DNA of 32,000 nt, from NCBI GenBank assembly GCA_030606485.1, contig JAUWGH010000004.1, positions 390,001 through 422,000 of the forward strand, read 5' to 3'. Shown one piece after another: positions 18,407 through 28,098 of this stretch (position 1 is the first letter of the stretch; the number at the start of each line of letters is the position of its first letter). The notes beneath the pieces were generated by a model. It was given only the letters and a program-made list of their open reading frames with translations. It was not told where the DNA came from and made no database searches. The stretch comes from Promethearchaeota archaeon. Its GTDB lineage: Archaea > Asgardarchaeota > Lokiarchaeia > Sigyniarchaeales > SOKP01. Made by a program: the position numbers and the translations under genes.

Positions 18407-18701
18407 TTTTAATGGACCTAAAATTTTTCTATTTAATTCCCAAAAAATTCCTAAATAAATTTGATAGCGAAACATTTAAATAGTTAAAGATTATATATTT
18501 AAATTTGCAATAGAGTAGTGGTTACATATAGGATACTATTAAGCATTTTACACGTTTTAATTTAATTACGCTTATAAGAGTTTCACTGACAAAATTATCA
18601 TAGTATTATCTTACAATATCTTAAAGATTTGGGTTAAGAAATCGGTTCTGTTGTATTTATAGTTAAATTTATAAATTTTTAAAAGAAGAAGAATAAAAAA
18701 A

Positions 18702-19607
18702 ATGGATGATATTAAAAATATAATCAGTAATAAAGAAATTAAGTATTCAAATCAATGTCCCGAATGCGGAAGTGAAATTATTTCACAACCGGAAAGAGGA
18801 GAATTAGTTTGTGAAGGATGTGGTTTAGTTATAAGTGAGCATATAATTGATACTGCTCATAATGGGAAGAGAGCCTTTACTCAACAAGAGAAAGAAAAAC
18901 GAGAGAGTACAGGGTCTCCAATTACTTTATTATTACCAGATATGGGATTAAGCACTGTGATTGATAAAAAGAATTTAAATGATCCTAATCTTAAAAGGGC
19001 TGCAAAATGGAATACTCGGATGACTTGGGACAAACGGAATATGTTGTTAGCCACAACCGAATTAAAAAGAATTGGTAGTAATTTAAATTTACCTAATCAT
19101 GTTAAAGAATTAGCCATAAAAATATATAAAAACGCTTTTAATAAAAAGTTATTACGAGGTAGATCCATCAATGGGATGGTATCTGCAAGTTTATATTATT
19201 CCTGTAGAAAGGGAAAAATTCCAAGGACCCTTCAAGAAATCATAGATCAAACCAATGTAAAGCCAAGAGATGTAAGAAGATGTTATAGAACTCTTGTTAG
19301 AGAATTAAATCTTAAAGTTCCTTCGACAAATCCAATTTTACTAATTCCAAGATACATAACAGATCTTGGACTTTCCCAACAAGTCGAGAAAGAAACAATC
19401 GAATTATTAAAAAAATTTATTAAAAATTTCTCAACAAGTGGAAAAGACCCTAAGGGATTATGTGCTGGGGCAATATATTTAATATGTAAATTAAAAAATA
19501 AAAAGATCTCACAAAAGAAAATTGCAACAGTTATTGGTGTTACAGAGGTTACGCTACGTTCAAGATATAAAGAACTTTCAAATAAACTTAATTACCATAA
19601 ACAATAA
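18702..19607 (+). CDS. tfb: Transcription initiation factor IIB (TFB)
   Basis: Zn ribbon CPECG...CEGCGLV, LLRGRSI, PRTLQEI, GKDPKGLCAGAIY, GVTEVTLRSRYKEL. Confidence 0.96.
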   Translation: MDDIKNIISNKEIKYSNQCPECGSEIISQPERGELVCEGCGLVISEHIIDTAHNGKRAFTQQEKEKRESTGSPITLLLPDMGLSTVIDKKNLNDPNLKRAAKWNTRMTWDKRNMLLATTELKRIGSNLNLPNHVKELAIKIYKNAFNKKLLRGRSINGMVSASLYYSCRKGKIPRTLQEIIDQTNVKPRDVRRCYRTLVRELNLKVPSTNPILLIPRYITDLGLSQQVEKETIELLKKFIKNFSTSGKDPKGLCAGAIYLICKLKNKKISQKKIATVIGVTEVTLRSRYKELSNKLNYHKQ

Positions 19608-19690
19608 TAATAGAAAAATAAAAATATTAATAAACCCACAAAAAATGGGAATTGATTGAATAGGGCATTATTTTAATAAGATTAAGAAGC

Positions 19691-19728
19691 TTCCAAAAAC
19701 ATTGGTTTTTGGAAAAGCGTTTTTTTTT
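19691..19728 (+). terminator. Hairpin + T-tract between convergent tfb and gamma-CA-like genes
   Basis: TTCCAAAAAC-ATTG-GTTTTTGGAA (perfect 10-bp stem), then AAGCG and 9 T (19720-19728). Confidence 0.6.
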
Positions 19729-19740
19729 ATGATTTAACTA

Positions 19741-20322
19741 TTATTTAATTTTATCGATTAATAATTTCATTAAATCAGATAATGTTAATACATAACTTTG
19801 AATATTTGGTAATTGATTTTTTATTTTTATAAACATTTGTGAATAGTGTTCTGCACGTTCTTTTACCTTTAATAAATCATTTCTACTTTGTTCTCTTATT
19901 TTTTCTACAGGTATTCCTTTCATTATTGCTCTCTCTTGAATCGTTAAACCAGAAGGAACTTGACTTTTCTCAAGTATAATGACGCCTTCACCTATAGAAG
20001 CCCCTTCATAAATTATACTACCTTCTAAGACTTGTATATAGTCTTGGAAAATGCAACCAAAAATCAAAACACCGGTTTCGATAATACAATAACGCCCAAT
20101 AATTATTGGACTTTGATGAGATCTAGTTACCATCATTACACCATTAAAAATCGTGGAGTATTCTCCAATAGTTATTTGAGCATTTTCTGCCCTTATGATT
20201 GATCCGGGCCAAATAACAACATCATCATTGACAACAATATCGCCTATTAAGGTTGCATTTGGTGAAACATAAGCTTTCTCGCTTATTTGGGGTTTTTTGC
20301 CATTATATTCAATTATTGGCAT
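19741..20322 (-). CDS. Gamma-carbonic-anhydrase-like hexapeptide-repeat protein lacking the Zn-binding His residues
   Basis: MPIIEYNGKKPQISEKAYVSPNATLIGDIVV..IWPGSIIR (YrdA/CamH-like start), hexapeptide repeats, C-terminal helix. ATG 20322 preferred over TTG 20331. Confidence 0.82.
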   Translation of the reverse strand: MPIIEYNGKKPQISEKAYVSPNATLIGDIVVNDDVVIWPGSIIRAENAQITIGEYSTIFNGVMMVTRSHQSPIIIGRYCIIETGVLIFGCIFQDYIQVLEGSIIYEGASIGEGVIILEKSQVPSGLTIQERAIMKGIPVEKIREQSRNDLLKVKERAEHYSQMFIKIKNQLPNIQSYVLTLSDLMKLLIDKIK

Positions 20323-20440
20323 AAGCATCAATTAAATTTCTTAAAAATAATTATTAGAATTCTTATATTATATTCTTCTTTTGTATCTTTTTAATATTTA
20401 TTCTTAAAATTCGGTCTTTAAAATCAAAAAAATGAAGCCT

Positions 20441-21250
20441 TTATAGTGCATAAGAAAATGGATCATTTGAATCAAAAAAAATGAAAAAGTCTCGGGGAAA
20501 TTCAATTGAGAGAATTTTATATAGCTCTTTCATTCCAATAATCTCACTATTAAAATGAGGAGTTATTATCATGTCTAAATTTAAATCTCTAGCAATTAAT
20601 GCTGTTTCATATCGGATATCTCTAGTTAGCATACAATCACAATTGAGTTTTAATGCATTTAATAGTGATTTTTCTGAAATATTTTCAATTATACAAATTT
20701 TATTTATCTCATGATTTAATTTACCGATGTATCTTATATATCTTAGATTTAGATTTTTCTTAATTCGATTTATCAAATCTTCCAACAAAAAAGGTTTTGT
20801 ATTATTTAAAAACTTTTCAGGTGTACATATTCGACCTAAAGGGATTTCTTTGCCAGATATAACTTTTAATTCAAATAAATTTTCGATTTTTAATGATAAT
20901 CTATTTGCAATAATTTCTGAAATTCCGTTTTGAGCCACTTCAAATGCTGTATTTATAACATAAAGAATAATACGGGCGCTTGATAATAAGTGAAATTTGT
21001 TAATAAGATTTTCATGAAAATGTTTTGTGGGAGTATGAATTAAACCACGATGGGAAATAATCAATGAAACCTTTTGTTTTACACCTTCTATTATTGCTTC
21101 TAAAGAAGGATCTAAAGTAATCATAATTTTTTTTATATTTTTATCTTCTAATTTTGGTCCAAATTGAATTCCATAAATATCATTTGTAAAAGCATAAGAT
21201 TTTGGTGCAATTCTTTTCTCTAAAAAATCAGTTATTTGACTTAATAGCAC
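20441..21250 (-). CDS. NIF3-like (GTP cyclohydrolase 1 type 2 family) protein with partly degenerate metal site
   Basis: DIYGIQFG, IMITLDPSLEAI, LIISHRGL, PLGRIC, TRDIRYE, ITPHFNSE; GTG start. Confidence 0.82.
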   Translation of the reverse strand: MLLSQITDFLEKRIAPKSYAFTNDIYGIQFGPKLEDKNIKKIMITLDPSLEAIIEGVKQKVSLIISHRGLIHTPTKHFHENLINKFHLLSSARIILYVINTAFEVAQNGISEIIANRLSLKIENLFELKVISGKEIPLGRICTPEKFLNNTKPFLLEDLINRIKKNLNLRYIRYIGKLNHEINKICIIENISEKSLLNALKLNCDCMLTRDIRYETALIARDLNLDMIITPHFNSEIIGMKELYKILSIEFPRDFFIFFDSNDPFSYAL

Positions 21251-21517
21251 AACTATAAGAGAATTTCCTATTTTTTTTAAATTTTAATAGGCTTATAATT
21301 TATAGAAATATTAAAAGGACATAGTATTAAAAAAGAGTGTGTTTGTAATTATTTCTTTTTATCTTAATACTTAATTATTTTATTTTTAATTAAAGCAGAA
21401 ATTTTTAGTTGAAAAAATCATTAATACTTAAGAAAAGTAAAAACTCATTAAAATTTATAATTACTATTTTCTGATGTTTTACTTGATAATTAAAAAATAA
21501 AAATGTGATAAAGATAA

Positions 21518-21934
21518 ATGGCATCGAATGAAAACTGTATTTTCTGTAAAATTATTAGGGGGGATATACCTTCTAAAAAAGTATTTGAAAATGATAAAAT
21601 TTTAGCTTTTCTTGATATTTTTCCAATGTCTCCAGGCCATACAATAGTGGCCCCTAAATCACACGTAAATTTTTTTGAAGATGTTGAAAAAACTGAAGTT
21701 TGTGAAATTTTCAATATAGTCCAAGATTTAGCTAGTGATTATTTAAAAAAATTAAATATAGATGGATATAACATTCTGGTTAATAGCCATTCAGCAGCAG
21801 GTCAAGAAATACAACATTTTCACGTACATATTATTCCGAGAAAAATGGCTGATGGAATAATTAGACATAAAATTCCGAAAAATCAAGCAACATCGGAAGA
21901 ACTTGAACAAATTTTGAAGGAAATATCTTCTTAA
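21518..21934 (+). CDS. HIT family nucleotide hydrolase
   Basis: CIFCKII, AFLDIFPMSPGHTIVAPKSH, AGQEIQHFHVHIIPR. Confidence 0.95.
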   Translation: MASNENCIFCKIIRGDIPSKKVFENDKILAFLDIFPMSPGHTIVAPKSHVNFFEDVEKTEVCEIFNIVQDLASDYLKKLNIDGYNILVNSHSAAGQEIQHFHVHIIPRKMADGIIRHKIPKNQATSEELEQILKEISS

Positions 21935-22059
21935 AAAAATCTTATTTTCTTTATTTTTAAATTTTAAACATTAATTAATTTTAATTTTAGAAAAATTAGA
22001 GAATTTTATATAGTTTTATTAAAACAAAATATCGTTTTTAACAAGATTAAACATTAATC

Positions 22060-22665
22060 ATGGTTAGAAGGGATATAAATTTGAAATTTGATAATAAAAA
22101 AAAAATAATAGATGTAAAAATTGTTTTTTATGGCCCTGCACTAAGTGGAAAGACTACAACTTTAAAATATCTATTCCAAAAATTTGGGAAATTAGATAAA
22201 ATTAAATCCATTAATACTACCACCGGAAGAACTTTATTTTTTGATTTTGGAATAATAAAGTTAAAAGGTATTGAGTGGGATGTTAAATTTTTAATTTATT
22301 CAACTACTGGCCAAGATTACTATGCAATAACTCGTCCAACGACATTGCAAGGAGCAGATGGAATAATTTTTGTTGCTGATTCTTTTGTAGAAAGTTTTAA
22401 TAGAAACTTGGTTTCATGGAGAGAATTAGCCAGTCTTTATGGGGAAAAATTGCTGAAAATGCCCATTGTATGCAATTTCAACAAGCAAGATTTATTAAGG
22501 AAATTTAATTTTTATGAGTTTTTAGAGAAAATTTTTTTTGAAAAATATAAATCATTTGCCTTTTTTAAAACAATAGCACTTTTAGGAGATGGAGTTGTTA
22601 ATTCTTTTAAAAAAATTATTGAACTCATATTTCCAGGATTAATAATTAACCAAATATCAATTTAA
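22060..22665 (+). CDS. MglA-type small GTPase
   Basis: KIVFYGPALSGKTT, GRTLFFDFG (intrinsic Arg), YSTTGQ (TxxGQ in place of DxxG), GIIFVADS, NKQD. Confidence 0.88.
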   Translation: MVRRDINLKFDNKKKIIDVKIVFYGPALSGKTTTLKYLFQKFGKLDKIKSINTTTGRTLFFDFGIIKLKGIEWDVKFLIYSTTGQDYYAITRPTTLQGADGIIFVADSFVESFNRNLVSWRELASLYGEKLLKMPIVCNFNKQDLLRKFNFYEFLEKIFFEKYKSFAFFKTIALLGDGVVNSFKKIIELIFPGLIINQISI

Positions 22666-22728
22666 GTCAAAATGACTTAAAAAAAAGAAACTGGTATTTG
22701 ATTAAATAAGAGAGATTTTTAACTTAAA

Positions 22729-25700
22729 TTATATAATTTCTGGTATATTTCTTCCGCAAAATATGCAAAATTTATCATTAATTTTTACTTTTTGCCCACA
22801 GTAGGGACAAAATTTAAATTCTTTTAATCTAATTTCATCCAGAAATTTATAATTATTAGTCATCGTGTAATCTTCTTCATAATAGCTTTCATATATTTTA
22901 TCTAAATTACGCGTTTTTCGAGATAATAAAAGAAGTGTTATAATAATCATACTGATTACACCAATAATTATTAGAATTATGATGATTAAAGATGGATCAA
23001 TTCGATTATCACTTATTGTCATTACAATGTAGAAGGCATCAGTTCCCCCTTCGGAATCTTGAATAATTATATAAAATAGTCCATAGTAGCCACTATACGA
23101 TTCTACGGATTTTTTGATTATACCATTATATGAAGTATAATTCATTAATTCAGGAATTAAAAATGTACCGATAAATTTTTTCGAATCAGTATTATAATTT
23201 AATTCTAAGAAGACAAAATCTGAAGGGAATAAAAGGTTAAGAATACCATCAGTTGAGGATGTGACTATAAAAAGATTTATAAAAACTCTCAATTCATCCT
23301 GATTATCCTCATAATCAACTAATTCATTAGCTTTTATTTGGAAATTATAGTGTGTCCCAAGAAAAGTATTTTGAATAATTAGACTTTCATTAACTATAGT
23401 CTCATTGAAATATATATGTGATCCATAATAAGAGTCAGTCAAATTAATAATAGGATCATTATTTTCGATTTTAAAGAATAAACGATTAGAATATGGATTT
23501 GAATAATTTTCAGAAAATTTTGGGATTAAATAAAAAAAAGCATAACCTGTTGTATCTTCAATGCTTGGAATAAAAGTGTATTTGAATTTTTTTGAACTTT
23601 CTTCTTCAAAATTTAGTGTTTTGTTAATTGTATTCCTTGAATTGAAAAAGGAACTAGGGTGAATTCCCATATAAGCAGTTAAATTACAATTAGATTTATC
23701 TAAGTTAATAAATATTATATTTTTTATCCCACTTTCCCGAGTTATGCTAGAATATTCAATTGAATAATCAATAATTCCTGGGATTTTTGATTTATCAGGG
23801 TGCAATAATTTAATCCTCTTTTCAAAAATTAGAGTACTAATTTTTACAGAAACAGTAATCTTGTAATTTTTATAACTATAATTTGGTAATGTTATTGAAT
23901 TTTTATAGTAAACACCATCTCCCAAATCTGATAATATAATTGGAATAACCTGATTTGTTACAGGATTTTCTATAAATGCATTAAGACTATCTCCATTAAT
24001 TAAATTATCAATTCCTACTTCAGTAGTTTGGTTTTTAATAAATACAGATAAAGAGATAGTATTTGAGAATACCCTTTCTGATTTTAATCCGAGATTAATA
24101 GTTAAATCATCTTCAGGAAGAAAAAATTTAATAACATTCTGTAGTAACGTTGAATGAGCTGATGAATAAGAAGCATTGTCATAAAATTCATCTAATAGCC
24201 AATATAAATCTCCAAATGCTAAGAATTTGCCTTTCCCTTCATCAGATTTGTCACAGCTTGCTACAACTGAAGAATTATATAATTGAGCTTGGGATACTCC
24301 ATTTCCATAAACATTAAACGTACAACCGGTTAGCCAATAAAATTTAGAGACTCCTTTAAATATTGAAGAATTTTCTAAAAAATTTGTTACTTCATTAGAA
24401 TCTAATATCGCGCCAATTCCTAAATGAGTTGAATTTTCAATATTTTCTTCTTTTATTTGAATTCCAACATTTAATTGATCAAATAAAAAATTAATACTTT
24501 CTATGCATATTTCTTGATATCTTGTTCCTAGAAATAGAATATTACCTCCCGTTTCAAAGTATTCTTTTAAAGATTTTACTTCTGATTGACTATAAGGTAA
24601 AATTGGGTTTTGCAAAATAATTAAGTCATAAAAACTTAATTTTTCTGAACTTAGAATAGAGTTATTTAAGGAAGAATTATATTTAGGTGTCCATTTGTCC
24701 ATAAAATATATAGGGGAACAATTTAGATTTGAAAGTTCTTTCATAGATCTATAAAAATCAATTTGTTTGAAAGAGTATTCCGGAAACCAATCATTTAAAC
24801 CATGAAATGACTCATATAATATTTTAAATTCGGGTATTTTTTTTTCAATTTCTATTTCTATCTGATCTATTATTTCTCCTGTAATATCATCAGACATGTT
24901 TATCGTGATTTTTTCAACTCCTGGAGTAGCGTTAAAAAGAATTTCAACATAGATTGATAAAAAATCAACTCCGTGAGAGTTAAAATTTATTTTTTCCTTA
25001 TCTAATTCTATCCTAATACCAGGAACTTGATCAGATATTTGAAATGCAATATTTCTTGTGATTCCTGATAAAACCGTTAGATTAAAAATTTGTTTATCGC
25101 CTGGATAATTAAGAAGATCAAATGGTTGTATTGGAAGTTTATTGGGATAAATAGTTGTAATATTGTTTACATCTTTAGTCGAAGAATTTATACCATATAA
25201 TAAATCAATAGATTTTGATATATTGATAATTCCGGCACCGATTTTCAGAGTTTCATGGTTATTAGTTTTATATGCTCCTTTCAATATTGCAATTTTTGCT
25301 GCTTCTGGATTTAAATCAGGAAAGGCTTGTAATAATAAAGCTAAAGCACCCGAGACCATTGGACATGCCATAGAGGTTCCACTGAGTGGATAATAATCAT
25401 AAGAACCGGGATAATTAATATAATCTCCAAGATATTTTTTTTTATTGGAGATTATTGAATCAATGGCTTCTGTAGAGATAATATTTTCTCCTGGAGCGCA
25501 TATACTTGGGAAATATTGATAAGTATTTGTTGGGCCCCTGCTACTAAATGTAGATAAATTTCCATTTTTATCAACCGAACCTACAGCGATGGCATTTACA
25601 CTTGTTGCCGGGATTCCGCCAGAATAATAACTGGGTCCATCATTTCCTGCTGATACAACACATAAAACACCTTGATTAGTCGCATTTGTTATAGCTAATG

Positions 25701-26652
25701 TAATTGGATCATATACTTCTGGATATGGAGCTCCAAAGCTCATACTAATTATTTGAGCACCCTTTTCTACAGACCATTCAATAGCTTTTAGAATATCAGT
25801 ATCTTTTAAACTTCCTGATGAATTACCAGCTTTAGCATTTATTAGATTAACATTTGGAGCCACCCCTCGATATTTTCCTGAAGAAATTTCTCCATCTCCT
25901 CCTATAATTCCTGCAACATGTGTTCCATGTCCATTTCTATCTATAAAATCAGAATTATCTGTTTCTTCTCCCTTAGACGCAAAATTTATTTGCTTTATTA
26001 TTCTTGTTTGAAAATCGGGATGAGGGTAAATTCCAGAATCAATAATAGATACATTAATTCCTGTACCGTCATATGTTAAATTTTCAGCACCAATTGATTG
26101 TAGCCACCAATTATTCCAGTCCACTGGATTTAAACTATTTTGTTGAATTTTCACATTATTTGGAATTGTATAAATATTTTCCTTAAAGATTTTGATGATT
26201 TCATTGGATTCTTCAATTAAAGTTTTTAATTGTATTAATTCTGAGCTCTGACATTCCAAATATATCCCAGGAACAATATTGAATTCATATATTATGTCAA
26301 AATTGCTAAAAAGCTTTATTATTTCTCTTAATCTTTCTTCCTTTGACAATTCTTCATTAAAAATGATTATTATTGGAACTTTTTCATCAAGTAATTTTTC
26401 TTTGTTTTTAAGTAAGGATTTTTGTAGATTTATACTATATTTAGATAACCTTTCCAACTCTAATTGATTATACTCTTTACTTCTGATGTATTTTTTATAA
26501 ATATTATCATTAAATTCATTTGATTGCAAAAAAAAATCATTACCTGCATCTGCAATATTATAATCAAATTCTTTCTGATTTATGTTTAATAGATTATGTG
26601 ATAGTGTTAAAAAAAAGATATTTGTAAATAAAAACAAATAGATAAATGTCAT
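22729..26652 (-). CDS. Large membrane-anchored S8 subtilase: signal, I9-like prodomain, catalytic domain, GIFT/DUF4350-like domain, beta-rich region, TM, cytoplasmic Zn ribbon
   Basis: IIDSG, NGHGTHVAG, SAGNDG, SGTSMACP triad. KILYESFHG...YDLIILQNPILPYSQSEVKSLKEYFETGGNILFLG. C-terminal TM, then CPYCG-x9-CIFCG. ATG 26652 precedes a hydrophobic signal segment. Confidence 0.9.
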   Translation of the reverse strand: MTFIYLFLFTNIFFLTLSHNLLNINQKEFDYNIADAGNDFFLQSNEFNDNIYKKYIRSKEYNQLELERLSKYSINLQKSLLKNKEKLLDEKVPIIIIFNEELSKEERLREIIKLFSNFDIIYEFNIVPGIYLECQSSELIQLKTLIEESNEIIKIFKENIYTIPNNVKIQQNSLNPVDWNNWWLQSIGAENLTYDGTGINVSIIDSGIYPHPDFQTRIIKQINFASKGEETDNSDFIDRNGHGTHVAGIIGGDGEISSGKYRGVAPNVNLINAKAGNSSGSLKDTDILKAIEWSVEKGAQIISMSFGAPYPEVYDPITLAITNATNQGVLCVVSAGNDGPSYYSGGIPATSVNAIAVGSVDKNGNLSTFSSRGPTNTYQYFPSICAPGENIISTEAIDSIISNKKKYLGDYINYPGSYDYYPLSGTSMACPMVSGALALLLQAFPDLNPEAAKIAILKGAYKTNNHETLKIGAGIINISKSIDLLYGINSSTKDVNNITTIYPNKLPIQPFDLLNYPGDKQIFNLTVLSGITRNIAFQISDQVPGIRIELDKEKINFNSHGVDFLSIYVEILFNATPGVEKITINMSDDITGEIIDQIEIEIEKKIPEFKILYESFHGLNDWFPEYSFKQIDFYRSMKELSNLNCSPIYFMDKWTPKYNSSLNNSILSSEKLSFYDLIILQNPILPYSQSEVKSLKEYFETGGNILFLGTRYQEICIESINFLFDQLNVGIQIKEENIENSTHLGIGAILDSNEVTNFLENSSIFKGVSKFYWLTGCTFNVYGNGVSQAQLYNSSVVASCDKSDEGKGKFLAFGDLYWLLDEFYDNASYSSAHSTLLQNVIKFFLPEDDLTINLGLKSERVFSNTISLSVFIKNQTTEVGIDNLINGDSLNAFIENPVTNQVIPIILSDLGDGVYYKNSITLPNYSYKNYKITVSVKISTLIFEKRIKLLHPDKSKIPGIIDYSIEYSSITRESGIKNIIFINLDKSNCNLTAYMGIHPSSFFNSRNTINKTLNFEEESSKKFKYTFIPSIEDTTGYAFFYLIPKFSENYSNPYSNRLFFKIENNDPIINLTDSYYGSHIYFNETIVNESLIIQNTFLGTHYNFQIKANELVDYEDNQDELRVFINLFIVTSSTDGILNLLFPSDFVFLELNYNTDSKKFIGTFLIPELMNYTSYNGIIKKSVESYSGYYGLFYIIIQDSEGGTDAFYIVMTISDNRIDPSLIIIILIIIGVISMIIITLLLLSRKTRNLDKIYESYYEEDYTMTNNYKFLDEIRLKEFKFCPYCGQKVKINDKFCIFCGRNIPEII

Positions 26653-26846
26653 ATAAGCAATATTATAATAATATTTAACCAAAATTGAATTCACGTAATG
26701 GTTATGATATTTTTTATTATAAGATCTCAATAATATATCTTAATATAAATCTAATGTTAAATATTTAAAAATCTAAATAAAACTCACCAATAACTGTGGA
26801 GTTCTAAAAAGTTTAATATTAAAAGAAGAATATTATAATAGCAACT

Positions 26847-27737
26847 ATGTTTAAGAAATATGGATTTAAAACTACAAAAGAATTAGAAGTAGAAGCTACT
26901 AAGGAGAATTATGCAGTTGGAGCCTTTAATTTTAATAATCTTGAACAAATTTTAGGAATAATTAAGGCAGCATCAGAATTGAATAGTCCAGTTATTCTAG
27001 CTGCTAGTCATGGTGCAACGAAATATGCAGGAACTATCTTTTTAGTTCACTTAGCAATTGCTGCAAAAAAGAAGTTCCCTAATGTAGAAATGGCATTACA
27101 CTTAGATCATGGATTGGATTTTAGTAAATGTAAGGAATGTATTGATTTAGGTTTTTCTTCTGTAATGATAGACGCAAGTAAATATCCATTAGAAGAAAAT
27201 ATAAAGAAATGTAAAGAAGTGGTAGAATATGCACACAAATTTGGAGTTTCTGTTGAAGGAGAGCTTGGTCGTTTATATGGAGTAGAAGATGAGATTAATG
27301 TATCTGAAGCTGAATCGGCTATGACAGATCCTAAAGAAGCTGCAATTTTTATTGAAAAATCAGGTATTGATTCTTTGGCCATTTCAATTGGAAATTCTCA
27401 TGGATTATATAAAACTGATAATCCATTCATTGATTTTGAGAGATTAAAGGAAATAAAGGATTGTGTGTCTACACCATTAGTTTTGCATGGTGCATCTGGA
27501 ATTCCTGAAGATTCTATTCGTAAGGCTTGCAAAATAGGTATTTCAAAAGTGAATATTGATACTGAATGCAGATTAGCTTTTCGACGAGAGATTGATAAAT
27601 TTATTCATTCTAATCCATTTGATGACCATAAACCAATAACTTATGATCCAAGAAAAATTCTAACTCCTGCACTTGAATCTATTACTGAAGTAATAAAAAT
27701 GAAAATAAATTGGTTTGGATCAGGAAATAAATTATAG
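26847..27737 (+). CDS. fba: Class II fructose-1,6-bisphosphate aldolase
   Basis: AVGAFNF, ALHLDHG, SVMIDAS, VEGELG, IGNSHG, LVLHGASG, KVNIDTE, DPRK. Confidence 0.93.
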   Translation: MFKKYGFKTTKELEVEATKENYAVGAFNFNNLEQILGIIKAASELNSPVILAASHGATKYAGTIFLVHLAIAAKKKFPNVEMALHLDHGLDFSKCKECIDLGFSSVMIDASKYPLEENIKKCKEVVEYAHKFGVSVEGELGRLYGVEDEINVSEAESAMTDPKEAAIFIEKSGIDSLAISIGNSHGLYKTDNPFIDFERLKEIKDCVSTPLVLHGASGIPEDSIRKACKIGISKVNIDTECRLAFRREIDKFIHSNPFDDHKPITYDPRKILTPALESITEVIKMKINWFGSGNKL

Positions 27738-28098
27738 TTTTTTTAATATTTCTAAATTAATTAAATAAGATATTTACTTATACTCTAGGATTTCCACTGC
27801 AAAATTATGATATTTCTTTTTTGATATTTTATCAATTTATTATTAGATTATTTAGATTTTAATTTTGAATTGTTTTTCTATTATTAAAAAAACTTAATTG
27901 ATAAATAAAAAATTATTTATATTATGAAATTACAAATTTATGGGGGGTATATTTAACTAGTTAATACTATACATTTTATTAAGTATATATTTAAAAAAAT
28001 TTCAATGGAAATATAGGGGTCTTTGTTTATTTTACCATGAATCAATTAAAATAATAATTTATTTAAAAAATATATAAATCAATTTTTCATATTTACTT

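Noticed and set aside
17131-18701. Replication origin next to the cdc6-like gene
   Set aside because: No ORB/mini-ORB (TCCA..GAAA..G-string) motif on either flank, and the Cdc6 is degenerate. Only the 31-bp repeat is kept, as a separate low-score item.
18407-18701. Slightly GC-richer intergenic stretch upstream of tfb as an ncRNA or uORF
   Set aside because: No C/D box order, tRNA fold or convincing stem; only a 15-codon GTG ORF.
22662-22680. Inverted repeat TTAAGTCA-AAA-TGACTTAA between the convergent GTPase and S8 genes
   Set aside because: 8-bp arms, and the T-tract lies on the wrong side of the hairpin for a terminator on either strand; too weak to call.
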